NCBI GenBank assembly: GCA_963790475.1
Contig: CAWBOS010000010.1
Span: 256,001-320,000, forward strand
Length of the DNA: 64,000 nucleotides
Direction of reading: 5' to 3'
Source: an uncultured delta proteobacterium
Lineage (GTDB): Bacteria > Desulfobacterota > RBG-13-43-22
Shown: positions 58,250 through 64,000 of the stretch, in pieces
Position numbering within the stretch: position 1 is the stretch's first letter
How the letters are laid out: every line of letters starts with the position of its first letter
The notes under the pieces: model-generated
What the model saw: only the letters and a program-made list of their open reading frames with translations
What the model was told of the DNA's origin: nothing
Database searches by the model: none
Translations under genes and position numbers: made by a program

Positions 58250-60642
58250 TGGCCTCTTTCTTTTCCTGGTTTTCAAGATGTTTTGATTTTTTTTCAGGTC
58301 ACAGATTGGTCCTGTATGCCGCCATCCTGATCATCGCCGCATTAAGCGGTATCACCTTAAAGAGCATAAAACTCAATGAAGACCTTCAACCTATGATACC
58401 TGCCGGGCAATCCGAAACCGCCCGAGATATCGCTTTACTGCAGCAGGCGCCTTTTATGCAAAAGGTCGTATTCAACCTCAAGGCCAATCCGCAGGTCGAC
58501 CAAAAGACCCTGGCTCAAGCGGCGGACAACCTGGCTGGGGCCTTAAAAAGGCCTTTTTACGACCGGGCGATCGCCGGGCCTCCGATGCCCTCACCGGAGG
58601 TGTTCTTCCCCTGGCTTCTGGAGGCCGCACCGGCGCTGATGACCGAGAAGGACCGGCAAGAAATCAAGTCGGGGCTGTATTCTCAAAGGATCCATTCCAA
58701 ACTTCAGGACATCCGGACCAGGCTGAATTCGCCGGAAGGATGGGTTATGAAAAACCTTTTGCAAGAAGATCCCCTGGATCTGCACCGGGTCACCCTGGAC
58801 AAATTTCGCTTCCTGAATATGTTTAAAGGGATGGTCCTTAAGGACCGGCATTTTATCAGTGCCGACGGGCGGAATGCCCTGGTCGTGGCCGATACTCCCC
58901 TGAAAATTACCGATTCCCAAGGGTCAAAAGACCTGATTTTATACACCCGGAAAATCATCGAAAACCAGACCCAGCCGGGCATCAGCGTTTCTTTCCTATG
59001 TGGCCACGCTTATACTTATGCCAATGCTGAGACGATAAAATCCGATCTCTATGTTATATTCTCCTGCACCTCGATAACGATTCTGGTCCTCCTTTTCCTT
59101 TTTATGCAGAATTGGAGGGCCGTCTTTGTCTTCCTGGTACCCGCTTCGGTAGTCTTAATTGCTACAGCCGGGGTGGTGGCTGTCTATCAGACGATATCGG
59201 CCATCACCATCGCCTTCGGTTCCGTGCTTATGGGTATTGCCGATGATTACCCGATATTCACCTATTTCTCCCTGAGGAACCGGAAGGCCTATTCCGGGGA
59301 GGCGGTAGCCGAAATTGCGCCTCCGGTCCTCTTCAGCGGGTTGGCCACCATGGCCACCTTCAGCGCCCTTTTTTTTTCCGATCTTCCCGGCCAGCGTCAA
59401 ATCGCTTTTTTTTCCATTGTAGGCATCATCGCCTCCCTGGCCTTTTCCCTTCTGGTTTTGCCCCACTTCATCCACGGACTGCCGCCGGCCCGGTACTCCA
59501 TAAAAACCGGGATGCCTATCAAGGGCAGGCCCTATCGGGTCCTTATCCTCGGCAGTTGGCTGCTCCTGTTGGCTATCGGCCTATGGCAGGGAAGCCGGCT
59601 GATCTTTAACGGGGATATGCGAACGGTCAACAGGGTCCCCAAGGCATTAATGGAAACGGAAGAGAAATTCAAAAAAACCTGGGGTGATTTCCGGGAAACG
59701 GCCATGGTTTTCACCGAGGGGAAAGACCTTCAGTCGGCCATGGTCGACAATGAACGTTTATTCGCCTATCTCAAAAGAAAAATCCCCGATGAAGGGATCG
59801 TAAGCCTCGCCCCCCTTTTCCCCTCAAAGGCAACCCAGGAGGAAAATATCCGGCGATGGGAAACCCTGTGGGACAAAGAGACCCAAAACAAGGTCCGGAC
59901 CCTTTTGATCAGGGAAGGAGACAGGGCTGGTTTTCAGCCCCGGGCCTTTGCTCCTTTTTTTGAAAGATGGTCGCTTAAACCCACCCTGGTTACTCTGGAA
60001 GGTGTTAAAAGAGCAGGGTTTGGCGATTTAATCAATTCGCTGATCATCACCCAGGGCAATACAACCCGGGTGATCACCCTGGTTCCGGACACCCTACAGG
60101 TGGCGGCACTTTTCGGTCATAATGAGAATCTTCCTTTCGCCGCCCGTTTTGTATCCCAAACGGGTTTCAATCAAACCATCAGCCGGGCCATGATCAGAAA
60201 TTTTATTCAATATATCATCACCGCCTCCTTGGTGATCCTGGTGTTCCTGGTGCTGCTTTTCCGCAATCCGAGAAAGGTGTTCTGCGCCATGATCCCTGGG
60301 ATCACCGGTCTTCTGGTTATGTTCGGTGTTATGGGATGGCGGGGGATTGAATTTAATCTGTTCAATATCATCGCTACCATCCTGGTCATCGGGTTGAGCG
60401 TCGATCTGGGTATTTTTATGGTCAGCCGGGTTTCCGGAGGCTATGACTCCAACACCGGCCCGGCCGTTCTTCTCGGGGGATTAACCAGTCTGGTAGGGAT
60501 GGGGGCTTTAACTCTGGCCCGCCATCCGGCCCTTTATTCCATCGGCATAACCGTGCTTCTGGGCATGTGCGGGGCTATCCCTTCGGCCCTTCTGGTCATC
60601 CCCGTCTTTTTTAATTCAAAAAAGGACAGAAAAAATGGATAA
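58249..60642 (+). CDS. MMPL/RND-family exporter (ApeO-like)
   Basis: Two TM bundles with GIADDY and GLSVDLGIF; HPALYSIG. Confidence 0.85.
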   Translation: MASFFSWFSRCFDFFSGHRLVLYAAILIIAALSGITLKSIKLNEDLQPMIPAGQSETARDIALLQQAPFMQKVVFNLKANPQVDQKTLAQAADNLAGALKRPFYDRAIAGPPMPSPEVFFPWLLEAAPALMTEKDRQEIKSGLYSQRIHSKLQDIRTRLNSPEGWVMKNLLQEDPLDLHRVTLDKFRFLNMFKGMVLKDRHFISADGRNALVVADTPLKITDSQGSKDLILYTRKIIENQTQPGISVSFLCGHAYTYANAETIKSDLYVIFSCTSITILVLLFLFMQNWRAVFVFLVPASVVLIATAGVVAVYQTISAITIAFGSVLMGIADDYPIFTYFSLRNRKAYSGEAVAEIAPPVLFSGLATMATFSALFFSDLPGQRQIAFFSIVGIIASLAFSLLVLPHFIHGLPPARYSIKTGMPIKGRPYRVLILGSWLLLLAIGLWQGSRLIFNGDMRTVNRVPKALMETEEKFKKTWGDFRETAMVFTEGKDLQSAMVDNERLFAYLKRKIPDEGIVSLAPLFPSKATQEENIRRWETLWDKETQNKVRTLLIREGDRAGFQPRAFAPFFERWSLKPTLVTLEGVKRAGFGDLINSLIITQGNTTRVITLVPDTLQVAALFGHNENLPFAARFVSQTGFNQTISRAMIRNFIQYIITASLVILVFLVLLFRNPRKVFCAMIPGITGLLVMFGVMGWRGIEFNLFNIIATILVIGLSVDLGIFMVSRVSGGYDSNTGPAVLLGGLTSLVGMGALTLARHPALYSIGITVLLGMCGAIPSALLVIPVFFNSKKDRKNG

Positions 60643-61012
60643 CCTGAGATCCGCCATCAGATTATCGGCCTCGGGGCCGATCAGGGAAACAGAGCCCGGC
60701 ACCTTTGTCCGGCCCTATAATTTTCCCTCTGATTTTATAGGATTTTCCGGTCATTTTCCCGGATACCCCATCCTTCCCGCATTTGTCCAGGTACTCACGG
60801 TGCTGACCATGGCCGAAGAAGTTAAAGGCCGCCGTCTCCAGGTCCTGACCCTGGAAAAGGCCAAATTTCAAAAGGAAGTTTTTCCCGGTCAAGAAATAAT
60901 AGTAAAATACCGGGAAAGGATCACCCAAGGAAAGAAGAAGATCGAAGCCACCTTTACAGTCGGGGAAAACCCAGCGGCTTCTTTCCTGCTCACTATTACT
61001 GAAGAAGAATGA
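60635..61012 (+). CDS. FabZ/ApeI-like dehydratase
   Basis: FSGHFPGYPILP, KAKF...PG. Confidence 0.8.
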   Translation: MDNLRSAIRLSASGPIRETEPGTFVRPYNFPSDFIGFSGHFPGYPILPAFVQVLTVLTMAEEVKGRRLQVLTLEKAKFQKEVFPGQEIIVKYRERITQGKKKIEATFTVGENPAASFLLTITEEE

Positions 61013-61491
61013 CAGAGAGGTTTGGAACCATGCGTAAATTCTATTTTCCTTCCATAAAAGGGAGTCCTCCACCTCTTCGGATCCGGGTGGAACGAAGGGT
61101 GCGATTTGAGGAGGTGGACCAACTCGGCATCGTCTGGCATGGCCGATATGCCAGCTTTTTTGAAGATGCGCGCAGTGCAGCGGGAGAGAAGTACGGTTTT
61201 GGTTATTCAGACTTCCATAAGAATGAGGTCATCGCACCGATTAGGATCCTGCATACGGAATTCCTGCTTCCTTTAAAATTTGACGAAACCTTTGTGATCG
61301 AAGGGGCTCTTCATTGGACCGAGGCGGTGAAGATCAATATCGAGTACCTCATATGGAACTCCGAAGGCCGCTTGGCAACCACCGGCTACACGGTGCAGGT
61401 GCTGCTGGATAAGGACGAACAGCTCCTTCTGATTCCCCCTCCCTTTTACCAGGAATTTCGCAGAAAATGGCGGGCCGGAGAATTCGAATGA
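61009..61491 (+). CDS. acyl-CoA/ACP thioesterase (4HBT family)
   Basis: VRFEEVDQLGIVWHGRY..FFEDAR. Confidence 0.85.
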   Translation: MTERFGTMRKFYFPSIKGSPPPLRIRVERRVRFEEVDQLGIVWHGRYASFFEDARSAAGEKYGFGYSDFHKNEVIAPIRILHTEFLLPLKFDETFVIEGALHWTEAVKINIEYLIWNSEGRLATTGYTVQVLLDKDEQLLLIPPPFYQEFRRKWRAGEFE

Positions 61492-62621
61492 GAGAAATCT
61501 GGATCACTGAAGCCGGGGTGGTTACCGCAGCGGGTAAGAACCTGGATGCCACCTGGCTGGAGCTGATGGCCGGCCGGACAGCCATCCGGAAGATCGACCG
61601 ATTTCCGGTGCAGGCCTACCAGTCGGAGGTCGGCGCCTCCATCCCGGATCTAAAATCTTCCGGGACAGGTTCATTACTCCGCAAGATCATGAGCCTCCTC
61701 TTGGATCAAATTGATAAAGTTCCGGCTGATTCCCTTCTGATAACCGCCTCGACCAAGGCCGGTACTGATAACCTGGAAAAAATCAAACAGGGGGTGGCCG
61801 CTGATCCGGAGGATATGTTGCCGTCTTCGATAAGCAAATGGGTGGCCGACGGTCTGGGTCTGAAAGGCTGTTCATTTCACATCAGTGCCGCCTGTGCCTC
61901 TTCCACCGTGGCCGTGGCCCGGGCGGCGTCGCTCATTTTCTCCGGGGTGGCAGAATCGGTTCTAATCTGTTGCCTGGATTTGATTACTGAATCCGTATTT
62001 TCCGGATTTTCGGCCCTGCAAGTCCTGTCACCTTTTCCCAGCCAACCCTTTGACCGGGACCGATCCGGTCTATCCGTGGGGGAGGGGGGGGCCTTTCTTA
62101 TGCTCATGAGCGCCGAAAGGGCCCGGCGTCTGGGCTGCTCCCAAAAAGGGATTATTGCCGGGGCAGGGATATCCAGTGATGCCCGGCATATTACCGCTCC
62201 GGACAGAAATGGTGCCGGACTTATCCGGGCCGTCAGGGGGGCCTTAAAGACCGCCGATATAAATCGAAAGGATATCGCCGGGATCAGCGCTCACGGAACC
62301 GGCACGATTTACAACGATCTGATGGAACTGACCGCTTTTCGAACAGTCTTTGAAAAAAATTGCCCCCCGATCTATTCAGTAAAGGGATGCCTGGGTCATA
62401 CCTTCGGGGCGGCGGGGGGGATTGAGGTAGCCCTGGGGACACAAACCTTATCATCACAAACCTTACCGCCTACGGTGGGTTTCGTCCATCCGGAAAAGGG
62501 TGCGGAAGGATTGGTCAGCTCTCACCCGGTTTCCATAAAAGGGGATTATCTTTTAACGACCAACTCCGGTTTCGGCGGCATCAACGCGGCCATCATGCTG
62601 AAAAGGGGGGTATGGCCATGA
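61488..62621 (+). CDS. beta-ketoacyl-ACP synthase (FabF-like)
   Basis: Catalytic SAACASS, AHGTGT, KGCLGHT; NSGFGG. Confidence 0.9.
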   Translation: MREIWITEAGVVTAAGKNLDATWLELMAGRTAIRKIDRFPVQAYQSEVGASIPDLKSSGTGSLLRKIMSLLLDQIDKVPADSLLITASTKAGTDNLEKIKQGVAADPEDMLPSSISKWVADGLGLKGCSFHISAACASSTVAVARAASLIFSGVAESVLICCLDLITESVFSGFSALQVLSPFPSQPFDRDRSGLSVGEGGAFLMLMSAERARRLGCSQKGIIAGAGISSDARHITAPDRNGAGLIRAVRGALKTADINRKDIAGISAHGTGTIYNDLMELTAFRTVFEKNCPPIYSVKGCLGHTFGAAGGIEVALGTQTLSSQTLPPTVGFVHPEKGAEGLVSSHPVSIKGDYLLTTNSGFGGINAAIMLKRGVWP

Positions 62622-63331
62622 AGGCCATGATAACCGGTCTGGGCTGGGTGAACACCTCCGGCAGCGGACAAGGGAGGCAGGCCGTTTTCCATGCCGGGTC
62701 ACAGGAAGGACTGTTGAACCTTTCCACCAAGGGCATTTTTGATAAACCGGTTCCACGCTACGGAAGAATGGATGAGTATTCCCGACTCGGATTAACAGGC
62801 ATAGCCCTGGCCCTGAAGGATGCAGAATTGGATCAATGGACGGAGATGAGGAACATCGCCGTTTTGGCCTCCACCGTTTATGGATGCTTACAAACGGACT
62901 CCGATTACTATGACACGGTGAGTCTCGAGGGAGGCCGCCTGGCCAGCCCGAACCTTTTTGCCTATACCCTGTCCAATACCTTTCTCGGAGAGGCGGCTAT
63001 CTATTTCGGGTTGACCGGAGCGGGTTTTATCATCCATGAGCCCTCACTTTCCGGTAGTTCCGGCCTGCTCCTGGCCATGGACAGCCTGGCGAGAAAGGAG
63101 TGCGAAGCAGTTGTTACCGGGATTTGTGACACAGGCCCCCCCCTGTCTCTTGGTTTGAAAGGAAGGGCAGTTCCCGGTGCCCTCTTCTTTGTTCTCCAGC
63201 CGGCATCAACCGGGGAGGGGTTTTCTTATGGGACACTGACTCAAGGAAAGAACGGAAGAATATTTTTTGAAGGAAAAACGCTCAAAGACCTCGATGAACT
63301 GGCCGGCCGGTGCACCCATAGTTCTGAGTAA
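62612..63331 (+). CDS. ketosynthase N-terminal-only protein (chain-length-factor-like)
   Basis: ITGLG, GRMD..SRL, ASPNLFAYTL; lacks the catalytic Cys/His motifs. Confidence 0.75.
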   Translation: MAMKAMITGLGWVNTSGSGQGRQAVFHAGSQEGLLNLSTKGIFDKPVPRYGRMDEYSRLGLTGIALALKDAELDQWTEMRNIAVLASTVYGCLQTDSDYYDTVSLEGGRLASPNLFAYTLSNTFLGEAAIYFGLTGAGFIIHEPSLSGSSGLLLAMDSLARKECEAVVTGICDTGPPLSLGLKGRAVPGALFFVLQPASTGEGFSYGTLTQGKNGRIFFEGKTLKDLDELAGRCTHSSE

Positions 63332-63337
63332 TTAGTT

Positions 63338-63382
63338 TCGAGTTGGGAGTTCTTTACTCCGAACTCCGAACATTGAACTCCA
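63338..63382. repeat. inverted heptamer arrays (GAGTTNG / CCGAACT)
   Basis: tcgagttgggagtt ... actccgaactccgaacattgaactcc. Confidence 0.55.
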
Positions 63383-63455
63383 ATGGAATTATAACGCGAA
63401 TAATTTTTGAAACCGTAGAACATTATTTGCTTTTTAGAGAAGGACCACAAAACCG

Positions 63456-64000
63456 ATGAAAATGACCCTTATTTATCCCTCCTGGCCGAAGTTGGAAGGG
63501 CAAAGGGAATACCATCTGCCGCCCCACGGGCCGGTGGTATTCGCCGCCGAGGTCCCTCCGGAGGTCGATCTGACCTTCATCGATGAAAACGTCCAGGAGA
63601 TCTCTTTCGACTTGCCGGCCGATATCATTGCCCTTTCAGTGATGTTGACCAGTCAGCTTCCCCGGGCCTTTGAGATCGCCCGGCGTTTTCGGGAGCAGGG
63701 AATACCGGTCCTGTTCGGTGGGATCGCCGTCATGCTCCATAGTGAGGAGGTGCTGGCTCAAGGGGACTCCGTCTTCCTGGGTGAGGTAGAGGGCCGACTG
63801 GCCGCAGTCCTTTCCGATTTCAAGCAGGGTCGAATGAAAAAGTTGTACAACTATATGGATAATTTTCCGGATATCCGTTTGGTGGGCAAAGCCAGGCGGG
63901 AGATTCTTAATCGTTCCCTTTACAATTACCGGGGTGTCCAGATGTTTGACCTTGTTCACGCCTCGAGGGGCTGCAGATTTAATTGTTTTCCCTGCTGCAC
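63456..64000 (+). CDS. B12-binding radical SAM protein, runs off window end
   Basis: Manual translation MKMTLIYPSWPKL..LPPHGP..FIDEN..PVLFGG..GEVE..HASRGCRFNCFPC (CxxxCxxC). Confidence 0.88.
   Translation, partial: MKMTLIYPSWPKLEGQREYHLPPHGPVVFAAEVPPEVDLTFIDENVQEISFDLPADIIALSVMLTSQLPRAFEIARRFREQGIPVLFGGIAVMLHSEEVLAQGDSVFLGEVEGRLAAVLSDFKQGRMKKLYNYMDNFPDIRLVGKARREILNRSLYNYRGVQMFDLVHASRGCRFNCFPCC

Overview
64 kb of a bacterial chromosome whose gene content and order (tilS-ftsH-folP-cdaA-cdaR-glmM-coaX; xerD-CBS/CCA enzyme-S2P-trpS-scpA-scpB-rluB; many acyl-CoA metabolism genes) suggest an anaerobic Desulfobacterota/deltaproteobacterium (inference). An accessory zone (about 18.5-38.8 kb) lies between coaX and a tRNA-Val(CAC). 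It holds a complete IS1380-family element inserted into an ORF6N remnant, higBA, and an AT-richer four-gene operon (Upf1/DNA2-like helicase-nuclease, Hsp70-TPR, minimal UvrD-like helicase, unknown protein), which is the best candidate for an undescribed defence system. It also holds a B12 radical SAM gene, hicB-hicA', two tandem C-GCAxxG-C-C genes with an in-frame UGA and an identical SECIS-like hairpin (probable selenoproteins truncated by the ORF track), and a decayed primase-bearing satellite-like element. A decaying pseudogene patch follows xerD, and the window ends inside a type II FAS/PKS-like (aryl-polyene/ladderane-type) cluster. Intergenic regions repeatedly carry different heptamer tandem repeats, and two related leader terminators are each spanned by a 20-codon ORF. 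All calls come from motif recognition by eye; no searches were run.
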